In this document: in pieces, positions 13,321 to 23,703 of the stretch
Numbering within the stretch: the first letter of the stretch is position 1
Layout of the letters: each line of letters starts with the position of its first letter
Assembly: GCA_001643675.2 (NCBI GenBank)
Contig: LSRY02000028.1
Location: forward strand, 124,001 to 188,000
Direction: 5' to 3'
From: Monocercomonoides exilis PA203
Taxonomy: Eukaryota; Protista; Preaxostyla
DNA length: 64,000 nt
Made by a program: the position numbers and the translations under genes
The notes under the pieces: generated by a model
Databases searched by the model: none
Told to the model about the DNA's origin: nothing
What the model saw: only the letters and a program-made list of their open reading frames with translations

Positions 13321-16300
13321 CTAGTTTTTTGGTACAATAACGAAGTTAATATGAGATGGAAAATCAATAAAACTTCTTTCCTTTGCGTCTGAACGTGGAA
13401 AAGAAGCCACCACTTTTTGTTGCTCCGCTGGATGAAAGGCAAACTGTCCAATTGAGAATTCTCGATGCTTTTTCCACCTTGTTTGAGCGAATTCTCGTTT
13501 TTCCAGTGTTGCCAATGATCTAACTGCTGTTGCATTTTTGAGCATTCGATGAGGATTAATGTTTGCATATGATAACATCATTGCTCCACTTTTTTCGGTT
13601 AAAAACTGAGAATTAAAAATGTAATGCGATCGAGAAACAAGTTGCTTTTGGATTGAAATTGTAATTGAAGCACCAGAGTGACAAGAAGGCTCGTTCGAAA
13701 ATAGGAGAGGAGAAAGGCGAATCGGCACAAATAGCACAATCACTGAATTGTCAGATAATGATTTGTTTGATGAGATGTAGCCTGAGAGGGCATTCCATTG
13801 CATGGGTAACTTTACATCATACGTTTGTATTTCTTTTGATTTTCTTTCAAATTGAATCAAAAATTTAATAAAAGTATTATTTAGAAGAGGGAAAAATTGT
13901 TGTCTTTGTTGAAAAAGCGTCTTTTGTAGTTGAGGCATAAACCGTTCAAATGCGCAATTCACAAGAGGCTTTGAAAATAAGAAAGGCTGGACGTTTAATG
14001 GATATTTCTGAGTTTTAGCAGGCTTTCGTGAAAGATGTCTGGAGAATGAATGCGTTTGCTGAAGAAAGATAAACAGAGTAAATTCCAAAGGGCAGGAAGG
14101 CTTAACTCCAACAGGATAGCCTGATCTGTCAAATAAAGACGATGTCGGAAACAACGAAAGCTTCAGCGACGTCAGTGAAAGCTTCTTCACAAATTCATTG
14201 AACCTCTCTTTCTGATAATTCTTCGAAGAAGCAAACTTGTCCAAAATGTCGGATACAGCTGCACTTGTTCGAGTGATGGCATTTAAACAAGATGAACTAA
14301 CCTCCTCATAAACAGAAACAAAATGTTGTTCTGGGTTCAGCTGCGAGGCAATAGCATGCAGCTCGAGAGCTGCTGAAGTCACTTGATGCGAAAGGGGCAA
14401 CTTCTTTACGTCATTCGGAAGCAAAATGGGCTCAACCTCACTTGAGTTGCAAGAAATTGAATCAGCAATCATCAAGTCATTCTCCAGCTTCACCCACGGC
14501 ATATCTGCTGAGGGGTGACACTGAAAAATATTGGTAAAAGCACAGCTCAATGCGTGGACATATAGGAGAACAGATGACCAAATCATTTGATAGGAGTTTT
14601 CATTCTTTTCAGATAACTTTATTTTGCAATGTTCACAGCTAGAATCTTCGAAATACCCGAAAGAAAGTAAAAGATTAGTGGAAAGTGTAGATAAATGCTT
14701 TGTTTGATGAATAATCCAATCCCTTTGAAATCCATATAAGTCTGGCTGAAAGAATGGCGTTTGTTCAGTTGAATCGCTTTGATCGAATGTCTTGCTGTCT
14801 GCAAATGAATTCGGGTCTGTTGAGAATAAGTCTGCAAGTAGCTTAATAATAATGCAAAAGGAATGGCAAAGCTTAAAGAATGGCCTGTTGTTAGAGGATT
14901 TAAAAGATAACTTTGCCTTTTCTTTCTGCTGTTCATCATTTTGCATAAATGGAGACAATTGTTTGATCAAATTGTCACAAGAATCCAAAACGAAATCTCG
15001 CTCAGTAAAAATCGAGTGTTCGGCAAATGTTGCAAAGCCAGTAAGAGAAGGACGAAGTGTGATTGCCTTTGCGAATAAAGTGAAAAGCACAACATTCCAT
15101 TTCTCCATCTGCTCCAATGGCACATTCGCAACGACTGCAGGCAAATAATAGGAAGCAATCAGAGGCAGCGGCACATTCAGAAAATTGTCTTTGTTTTTAA
15201 AGTTCGCAAACATTGTGCGGAGTGCTGTCGAGGTATTCAATAAAGCCCTTCTGTTTCGTTTGCATAAATAATTTTTTTCTGAAATCGCATTTACCAAAAA
15301 ATCAAACGATTTGGGCGCAGCAGCCAAAGCTCCTTGTTCTTTATTTGTAACGTCTTGTGATTTATCTGACATCATCTTGACTTTTTCCATAAGCAAAACA
15401 TCATCTGACTTTGTTGAATGTTTTGCATCATCAGTAAAATCTGATTCCAACATTAGTGAATCAATAGAAGAGGAGTCGAATAACATCTCTTCGTTATTAA
15501 TAATTGCTATTTCTGTTTCTGTCACAACCATTTCGTCGAGCATGAACTGCGGCAACGACTCAAAAAAGCTGATACATCGTTTGTACACATCAATCTTTTT
15601 TTTCTCTACATAATAGTGTGAAGGATATTGGATCTCGCTGCTTGAATGCTTTTTAAACTTTCTCTTTACCGGCGCCACATCATCGCGATCGTATGACCTT
15701 TCTTTCGATTCGTCAGTGCTGTTCCGATTGGCTGCGGAATCATGAGCATATCGAAAATGAGATCTCCATCGATTGACCAATGCAGATTGTTCCCGCAGCA
15801 TCTTTTGAATGCCCTTTCTGGCTCCACACAGGACTGATATTCCAGCCTTCCACTCAATGTCTCCAGGAAGTGGCTGCACAATAATAAATTTGTCTTCCTT
15901 TGGCCGTTCTTTTCCCCAATAATCTGCCCAACCAGCATCTGTTGAAAGAGCATTTTCACACAGTAATTTCATTGATCCTTCTCTTCCAGAATTATTTGTT
16001 GGAAAAGTCTTCATACTTGAGTTTCCTTCAAGTTTCTTTAATTCAGCCTCTTCATCCACCCACCGACGAAGCAGCCTGGCTTTAGCGTATTGTACAATAA
16101 GAGGAAAAGGATGGTGCTTTGCTATGTTGTGGAATGCATAGTAGATATGTGGCATAAGCTGCGATGCATAATGTCTGAGTGATGATCCTTCAACAAATAA
16201 GAGCGAATGGAGCCCTTTCAGAAAGGATAAAGTCACCAACGACGAAGGAAGAACGAGATGTGCTGCAAAATGAAGCAGGCGAATCGCCTGTGCTTCGTCT

Positions 16301-17931
16301 GACTGCTTAACTTTGACGAACAACGTCTGTAGCTGTGGAGGTGTGAAGCAGCTCATTGATATTTGTGGCTGAAGAGAACAAGTTGGATGATTAGCATTGA
16401 AATCTGCTGAGATTGATCTACTTTTGAGCACATAAGAGCAAGCAATCAAGGATAGTTCCTGAAGATTCTCTGAAAAGCGATTTTTGGCTGCTTCGGTCTT
16501 TTCCTTGTCGGCATCAAACAGATGGGGCAATGCTATACACGCAAAAAAGGGATTGTTGCGAGAATGCTTCATTATTGTTTCATATGCAGCCAATCGCACA
16601 GAGCGGTGTTCATCTTCCAACGAGCGGAGGAGGCATCCCGCAGATGTGCGGTTCGAAAACACGGTGAAGTTGAAGAAAAGTGGCACGCACACGACATTCT
16701 CCAATGAAGTACCGTTTGAATCATCCATTCCAAGAATGTGCAACATAATGGAGTTATAGACAGAATTTGCTGCTGGTTTCTGAGATGATGAAACGCTTGT
16801 TGAAGGTTTATTCGAACCAGACGAAGGAGATGATGAGTGATCCGTTTTCTGCAGCTTAAGATTCTCTTTTTCCGATGAAAGTTGTTTTGAAACGCGATCA
16901 AGATGGATCATAGTGCTCAGATCCTCCTCCTCCTCTGCACCGTTAATATACAGCTGCTCGAAATATCGAAGAAAATCAAAAGTGATATCTCCGCTACAGC
17001 AATCCTTACGCTTTTGACGCATATGGGATTTAATTACGGTCATTGCATATTCTGAAAAGCATCCATCTTTGGAAAGAGTTTGAGCAAGCAAACAGTCATT
17101 CACTCCTTGCAGCTGTGTCATCAGCTCTAAAGCTAGTAATTGTATTTCCTCATTAGCATTTGAGCAAAATGAGCCTAAGTGAAGAAAGCAGTCATCGATC
17201 ATGCGAATCAGAAATGAATTCGTGCTTGAATTTTTATGTCTGTTTCTTTCGGAAAATATTTTTGATGTGTTGTGGACTTTTCGGATAGGCTTTGTTATAT
17301 CATTGCAACATGAAAATGAGGAACGAAAAAAGCTAGAAATGTCAACTTTTTGAGTTGGGGATACTCGAATAAGTTCTGAGGAATATCGAAATGCAATTGA
17401 TCCAAGTAATTTGAGAGATTCACAAACAACTGATGTCCAGCGCGAATTTGACAGAAATATGGCTGACTGGTAAAAGTGAATTATTTGCTCATTGCAAATA
17501 ACAGTTTTCAATCTAAATTTAGTTGACTCTAATTCTTTGAATTGATCAAAATTTTCTATTTTTTGCTTACACTGATCGATAAATATTCTTATGGAACTCA
17601 GTGACCCTGCAACAATACGCGGATCTCTGTGAAACAAAAGCGCATAACAAATGGAAATATAACGTTGAGAATAATCAATTATAAATTGCGAAATATCCAG
17701 ATGTTCCTCGTCGCTCAAGCTCATAAACTGTTTGTCATGAATTAGATTCTCCATCTTTGTAAGAATTAAATAAAAAATATTTGGTAAGGCTTCCAGTGAA
17801 CTTAAAAAAGAATCAATTTCTGTTTGCTTGCTGTATATGCATTGTGAAAGTCGAAATCGGTCCAATGTGCAAACGCATTCCGCACATAAAATAAGAGCGG
17901 ATGTTAAATCATTGTCACATTCTTGATTCAT
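13321..17931 (-). CDS. INTS4: Integrator complex subunit 4-like HEAT protein, single long ORF
   Basis: HRDPRIVAGSL, DDCFLHLGSFCSNANEEIQLLALELMTQLQGVNDCLLAQTLSK and AGCLLRSLEDEHRSVRLAAYETI..NPFFACIALPHLFD resemble the recalled INTS4 blocks (DQDPRVR; DDAF.KIC..VSD....VR..AA..LG....VS...L.QTL.K; GAF.HGLEDE..EVR.AA...SP.FA...L..L.D) and occur in the same order. Confidence 0.7.
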   Translation of the reverse strand: MNQECDNDLTSALILCAECVCTLDRFRLSQCIYSKQTEIDSFLSSLEALPNIFYLILTKMENLIHDKQFMSLSDEEHLDISQFIIDYSQRYISICYALLFHRDPRIVAGSLSSIRIFIDQCKQKIENFDQFKELESTKFRLKTVICNEQIIHFYQSAIFLSNSRWTSVVCESLKLLGSIAFRYSSELIRVSPTQKVDISSFFRSSFSCCNDITKPIRKVHNTSKIFSERNRHKNSSTNSFLIRMIDDCFLHLGSFCSNANEEIQLLALELMTQLQGVNDCLLAQTLSKDGCFSEYAMTVIKSHMRQKRKDCCSGDITFDFLRYFEQLYINGAEEEEDLSTMIHLDRVSKQLSSEKENLKLQKTDHSSSPSSGSNKPSTSVSSSQKPAANSVYNSIMLHILGMDDSNGTSLENVVCVPLFFNFTVFSNRTSAGCLLRSLEDEHRSVRLAAYETIMKHSRNNPFFACIALPHLFDADKEKTEAAKNRFSENLQELSLIACSYVLKSRSISADFNANHPTCSLQPQISMSCFTPPQLQTLFVKVKQSDEAQAIRLLHFAAHLVLPSSLVTLSFLKGLHSLLFVEGSSLRHYASQLMPHIYYAFHNIAKHHPFPLIVQYAKARLLRRWVDEEAELKKLEGNSSMKTFPTNNSGREGSMKLLCENALSTDAGWADYWGKERPKEDKFIIVQPLPGDIEWKAGISVLCGARKGIQKMLREQSALVNRWRSHFRYAHDSAANRNSTDESKERSYDRDDVAPVKRKFKKHSSSEIQYPSHYYVEKKKIDVYKRCISFFESLPQFMLDEMVVTETEIAIINNEEMLFDSSSIDSLMLESDFTDDAKHSTKSDDVLLMEKVKMMSDKSQDVTNKEQGALAAAPKSFDFLVNAISEKNYLCKRNRRALLNTSTALRTMFANFKNKDNFLNVPLPLIASYYLPAVVANVPLEQMEKWNVVLFTLFAKAITLRPSLTGFATFAEHSIFTERDFVLDSCDNLIKQLSPFMQNDEQQKEKAKLSFKSSNNRPFFKLCHSFCIIIKLLADLFSTDPNSFADSKTFDQSDSTEQTPFFQPDLYGFQRDWIIHQTKHLSTLSTNLLLSFGYFEDSSCEHCKIKLSEKNENSYQMIWSSVLLYVHALSCAFTNIFQCHPSADMPWVKLENDLMIADSISCNSSEVEPILLPNDVKKLPLSHQVTSAALELHAIASQLNPEQHFVSVYEEVSSSCLNAITRTSAAVSDILDKFASSKNYQKERFNEFVKKLSLTSLKLSLFPTSSLFDRSGYPVGVKPSCPLEFTLFIFLQQTHSFSRHLSRKPAKTQKYPLNVQPFLFSKPLVNCAFERFMPQLQKTLFQQRQQFFPLLNNTFIKFLIQFERKSKEIQTYDVKLPMQWNALSGYISSNKSLSDNSVIVLFVPIRLSPLLFSNEPSCHSGASITISIQKQLVSRSHYIFNSQFLTEKSGAMMLSYANINPHRMLKNATAVRSLATLEKREFAQTRWKKHREFSIGQFAFHPAEQQKVVASFPRSDAKERSFIDFPSHINFVIVPKN

Positions 17932-18629
17932 AAATGCATCACTTTTAAAATGCGAATTAGATCTTTAATCGAAAAGTATTATTATGTAATTGTTTTAAAA
18001 ATAATGAGTTTCAATTTTTTCACATAAAAGTCAAATTTTTGTTTTCAAATATGATAAATTCATTTTGAAAATCAGAGAGTTTATAATTATTTTTTTTTCA
18101 AACATTGAAAAATTATTTCAGGAAATATGTAAAAAGTGAAAACATGTTCCAAACAAAAAGTTTTTCAATTCAACATTTTGTTTGAAAGAATATTGATATT
18201 ATTGCATAAATATTTTTAATCAATTTGTTTGGGAAGATAATAATGAAATTATCTCATCCATGTAACAAGAAAGCTTTTATCTTAGTTTGAAGTGTTTTTC
18301 CACTTATTTGAGTGTTTGTCAACTTATTATGTACCAAAAAAAGTCTTGTTATTTTTCATAATTATTCAACGATATCGTTAGTTTTTATCAAAGTGGTTTG
18401 CTTTATTTATTTTCCAGATTTTAAACGGAATACTATTTTTTTGCTTTCTAAACTTTCATCCATTTTTCATTTATTGTGTCTTTTTTGTTATCCAATAGCT
18501 TGACCAATATTTTCTGCGCAAGAATATTTAACAAGTTATGATATAAAAGCAGAAATAGGATAAAGCAAATGGTGTTTTTTATGAAAAAATCAAAAATTTC
18601 TGTCCCAAATTATATTTACATGAGTCTTC

Positions 18630-19247
18630 ATGCAAGTTGTTGGGGAATTAGCTGTGAGAGTGAATGTGGCTGGTGTAGGCAATTCTGGAACTTCCAGTTT
18701 AATTTGTAGATATGTTCATGGGCATTATCCCGCAAATCAAAATGGATTAGGTGATTATTTTCATACGAAGCATGTTTCAATTGATGGGAAAAATGTTGGT
18801 GTTGGCATTTTTGAAACTATTTTAAAATACCGATTTGCTACAATGATGCCCTTGGTTTTTCGAGATTCGGATGCTTGTGCACTTGTGTTCAGCCTTGCAT
18901 CACACGAATCATTTGATGAGCTGAAAGATTTTAAAAAAGTAGTTGATAGGTGCGTTGAAGATATGCCTTACTGTTATCCGTTTGTTCTTATTGGAAACAA
19001 AAGTGATCAATGGGAAAATAGACAAGTTAGTCGATTTGAGGTGGAGGATTGGTGCAAGAAAGAAGGTATTTGCGCTTATTTTGAGACATCTGCAAAAACG
19101 GGAGACATAGTTGATAAATCATTTGAGGAATTAGGACGTTTGGCTGTGATATTTAAAAAATCAAAATACATGATGAAAGAACAACCAGTTGTTGAAGAGT
19201 CAGCTCATGAATCAAAGAAATCATCTTCAAAATGCATTATAATATAA
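18630..19247 (+). CDS. Rab7-like small GTPase with degenerate G1-G3 motifs and a CaaX end, intronless
   Basis: G4 NKSD and G5 ETSAK are intact, and YPFVLIGNK..ENRQVS....WC....YFETSAK is Rab7-like. G1 reads GVGNSGTSS, G3 reads FETILKY, and the protein ends CIII. Confidence 0.8.
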   Translation: MQVVGELAVRVNVAGVGNSGTSSLICRYVHGHYPANQNGLGDYFHTKHVSIDGKNVGVGIFETILKYRFATMMPLVFRDSDACALVFSLASHESFDELKDFKKVVDRCVEDMPYCYPFVLIGNKSDQWENRQVSRFEVEDWCKKEGICAYFETSAKTGDIVDKSFEELGRLAVIFKKSKYMMKEQPVVEESAHESKKSSSKCIII

Positions 19248-19695
19248 AGTGCTGATTATAGAGGGAAAAACTTCAAAGTATTTTTCTTGAGTTATTCTTT
19301 TACTTTTTTGAGTGTTTTAAAAATTTTAAAAAAATCAAAAAACAATCTTTTAATGTTATTTATTTATTTTTTTAATGATTTTTTTGCTTCATGTTTTTGT
19401 TCAACTTTTGATTCGTTTATAATGTGTTTTCAATTTAATAAAGATTAATGGATGGTTGGATGGAAACAAAGAGGATTTATTAGTGTTTTTTGCTTTTGAA
19501 TTCTTTTTGAAGAGATGAATTTCCGTTATCAATCAGCTTGTCAAAGTTGTTTAAGTTTATTCGGATAGCAGTTTTTTGAAAGTTAGTATTTGTCTTTTTT
19601 AAGCATTAAAAAGCTATTTATAGAGCAATTGAAAAGAATAGAAATTCTGATGATCAAACCTAAATAATATAAATTTAAAGGATTTTTAATTAAAG

Positions 19696-22600
19696 ATGTT
19701 TATAAAGCCAATACCCGTTCATAAAGTTCGAATAAAGCCAAAGATTGTTTGAATTATAATTTGAATTTGAGTTCAAAGAAAAGAATATTTTTATGTTTAT
19801 TTTTATTTTCAGGATGAATTGTTTTGTACTTTCATTAGTCTTCCAGAAACACAAAATTTTATAAAAACTTTGCTTGCGAGCGCAAAAGAAGGAACTCTAG
19901 ATGAATTTATTTCTACAACATTACAACAGCCTTCAAATACAACTCAGCCCCCTCTTTCACCTAGTTTCCCACGTCAATCTCGATTGGGAAGAGATGCAGA
20001 CCGTTCTTCATTTGGTCCTCAGCCTTTTTCAAGCGTTGATTCACCTACAATGGGATCTGGGAGACATGCACCTGCTTCACCTGTAGAGGTATTATTTTGT
20101 GAGTATTTTGAGATTTCATATTTTTTTATATTATTGTTCAGGGGCGTACCACATCGCCAATAAGCTCAAAAACCAAGCGCAATTCTATTCTTGGATATTC
20201 TTTGAATGAATTAGGAAATTTAAACGAAAAACAATTAGCAACGGCGAGCAAACAATCAACATCAACAATTTCTTCAGGAGGATCGAAATCTTCTCCTTCA
20301 AAAGCTGCATTACCGACAGTGGAAATGGAACGAATTTCAATAAAGCAAACATCGTCAACTGGCAGTGATGATCAGACAATTTCAGCAAAAATTGGAAGAG
20401 GAATATCAACATCTATTTTAGTTGATGAAGGTTCTTCAGAGAGAGGAAAAACGAGCACGTCATCTGCTCCCACTTCATCACCTCCACTCACTTCAAAGTC
20501 TCCCACTTCTTCGGCTTCTGCTTCATCTTCCTTATCTTCTGTGGGGAAAGGAAATGGCAAAAGCGGAGCATCTTTTTCATCTTCATCATCGAATTCTAAT
20601 ACAACACCTCTTACACCTGCCTCACCTTCAGCAGACAGGCAATCAATTAGCATTGTTCCTCCTAACAGTTTTATATTCACCCCTGACGTGTTAGTTACTC
20701 CTCCAGATGAGCAGATTGTTTGATGTTATTTTCATTTGTGAAATAATTTGCTTAATCTAACTGAATTTTTACTTAAAAAATTTTTTGTTTATTTCCTATC
20801 AATTTCCACTGTTATTTTAATCTCTTTTTTTTTTATTTTTCAATAATGTGAACAAATAAACCAGGATATTATACGCACTGTGTTCTCACAGCACCCCGAA
20901 GGCCTGACGCTGCCTCTCTTCCGCGAAGACCTGATCAAGCAGGCCTTTGAGCTGCCGGTGTGGTTTGCGCGCCCTCTTTTCCGGCGGATGATGAAAGGCA
21001 TCCGAATGAATGCAGACAACAAACTGCGAGTGGCGCGATTCGTCAGAGACGAGAAGACGGCTGCTGTGTGGGAAGGATGTGTGTATTTATATCATTGGCT
21101 TTAATTGTTCTGATAATAACTGCAATATGATTGCTTATCTTTATGTATCATCATCGTCATCGTCGTCGTCTTGCTGTTGTTGTTGTTGTTGTTGTTGTTG
21201 TTACACTTTTTCTTTTTCTTCTTTTCTTTTTCTTCTTTTCAGCACCGTCTCTCACTCCATTTTCTTCCAAATCACCTCACAAATTGCAAGGGCTAACCGA
21301 AGAAGAAGAGATGGAAGAAGAGCTCTACCGGATGATGGATGGAAAGTTTGACGGGAGCAGCGCAGCCAACAACGGCGCAAGCGCATTGGCTGTGCTGGAC
21401 GAAGGATTGCTGTCTGAGAAAAGTGCAATGGCGTTCTTCAACGATTACCTGAGAGGACTGACTCGCATTGAAAGGGCATTCAATGTTGTGAGGCGGCAGC
21501 GCAACCAGTTCATCGCCCCAGCAGACTGGAAGCCGTTTTTGGAAGGTTGAACTTTTTTTTTGTAATTTTTCTTGAATTCATTTTTAAATTATTTAACTTC
21601 TTTTGCTATTCTATTTATATTCGTGTTTTTAATGATTGCATTGTTTAATTGTATTTCATCATCATCCTCATCGTTTTCTCACTCAGATCTTTTGGATGTG
21701 CATCCTGGCCTTGACTTCCTGCGGCGCACACCCGAGTTCCAGCAGCGGTATCTGGAGACAGTGACAGTCAGAATGTTCTACACCGTCAACCGCGCCGAAG
21801 ACGAGCGGATGACTTTGGCTGAGCTGAACCGGTCTGATTTGGTGGAGGTGTGCCACGTGTGCGACGAGGAGCCGAACATCAACCACATCCTGCGCTTCTT
21901 CTCGTACGAGCACTTTTATGTGATCTACTGCAAGTTCTGGGAGCTCGACCAGGACCACGACCAGCTGATCAGCGACACCGACCTCTTCCGCTACGGCAAC
22001 TACTCGCTCACCCACACCACCATCGACCGCATCATCAACCAGCAAGCTCCTCGTAGGCTGAAGAGCCCTGTGCCAGGAAAGATGTGCTTTGAGGACTTCA
22101 TCTGGTTTCTTTTGAGCGAAGAAGACAAGACGACAGATACGGCAGTGGCGTACTGGTTCCGTGTGGTGGACTTGGATGGGGACGGGGTGCTGTCGGCGTG
22201 GGAGATGGAGCAGTGCTATGCAGAGCAGCTGGAGAGGGTGGAAGCGATGGGCATGGAGCAGGTGAACTTTGAGGATGTGTTGGTGCAGCTGGTGGATATG
22301 ATACACCCTAAGGGGAGACATGTACCGAGGATTGACGAGGCGCCTGCAGCGAGAGAAGCGAGGCTGGAGGGGAAGAAGAAGGGGAAGGGAGATATATCGA
22401 AGCAGGGCGGTTTGACATTTCTTTTGGATTTCTTTTGGATTTTGAAAATTTTTGTGCTTTTTCTTTGCATCTATCAATTTATCTGCATATTTGTTAAATA
22501 AATGTTTGAAACATAAATTTGATTGCTGTGTATTTTTTATAGCTGCAGCATTTGATCCTTCGTCCGTCTTTATCACTTTGGCTGACATGCTGTCATCGAA

Positions 22601-22986
22601 ACTGAGCTGTTTCGTGTTCAATGTTCTGACGAACCACAACAAATACATTACTTTCGAGACGAAAGAGCCATTTGGAGTGAAAGATCAGACAAATCAGATG
22701 AGGTGTGATAAATATTCAAATAACTTTGCTAATATATTCGTTTCTATCTTTTCTTTTTCTTTTTCATCATCGTTAAATTTTCTTTTTGTTTCCATTGCAA
22801 ATCTCCTTTTCTTCTTCTTCTTCTTCTTCTTCTGATTTTATTTTTTTAACTTCCTTCCTTCTTTCTTTACTTCAAAGTGACTGGGAGCGATTTGCACTGG
22901 CTGAGTATGAGCGTCTGTCTGTGGACGATGAAGACACCGACGAGATGGGAGGCTCTGAACTAACAGATGATTTGGATGGGCATTGA
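19696..22986 (+). CDS. PPP2R3: Protein phosphatase 2A regulatory subunit B'' (PR72/PR130 family, EF-hand), ~8 exons
   Basis: KIDELFCTFISLPETQ N-terminus, then HPGLDFLRRTPEFQQRYLETV, FSYEHFYVIYCKFWELDQDHDQLI, FIWFLLSEEDK, YWFRVVDLDGDGVLS, LVDMIHP, DWERFALAEYERL. All are hallmark B'' motifs. Confidence 0.95.
21173..21202. repeat. (TTG)n microsatellite in a PP2A B'' intron
   Basis: Direct reading: gttgttgttgttgttgttgttgttgtt. Confidence 0.9.
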
Positions 22987-23703
22987 AAAAAGTGCTTTTT
23001 TTTTATATTTTCAATTTTTTTCATTTATTTCTTTAACTCAATCAGATCAATTATTTATATGTTTGTTAATTCTTCTGTGAAATGGACTATCAATTATATA
23101 TTTATAGATTTTTTATTAGGGTTCAATATTTTTTTCTTTTGGCTAATGCGTGTTTTTGAAGTTGTTTAATTTCACCTCATTTTTTTTTTATTGTTTATTT
23201 GTTTTGTTTTGTTTTCCTTGAAAAGAATCAGAAGTGAACAAGAAAATAAGCTTTTTACGTTCTTCTGTAACTGTGAAGTCAACTCCTTTTTTATTAAAAA
23301 AAATAAAATAAAATAAAAAACTATTAAGAGAAAGGCGGGTGAAACTATTGTCACTACAATTATTATTAGCAGTATTTTTATACTGAACAATGAAATGATC
23401 AAAGCAATAAAGCTTAGAAATTATTTTTTTTTAAGAAATAAAAAAATAAATAAAGTTAAAAGCAGATTCAAATATTGAAGCTCAACGATAATTTTTTTTT
23501 AAATATCTTTGAAGTGTATTTTATCATTGCATTCGCTTGCTTCTAATTCTTCCAGCAGTTCGCAAAATAGCTAAGAATATAAAATATAGAGATTTTATTT
23601 TATTTTTTTAAATAAAAAATGAATAAATAAATTAAAAAGGAAAGGAAAGAGAAAGAGAAAGAGAAAGAGAAAGAAAAAAGAAAAGGAAAGGAAAACAACA
23701 GAA

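Noticed and set aside
21683-22648. 321-aa antisense ORF over PP2A B''
   Set aside because: Shadow ORF caused by high GC3; no motif and it runs through intron sequence.
13321-22986. INTS4 next to a PP2A subunit as an Integrator-PP2A module
   Set aside because: Integrator binds the PP2A A and C subunits without a B subunit, so adjacency to B'' is likely coincidental.
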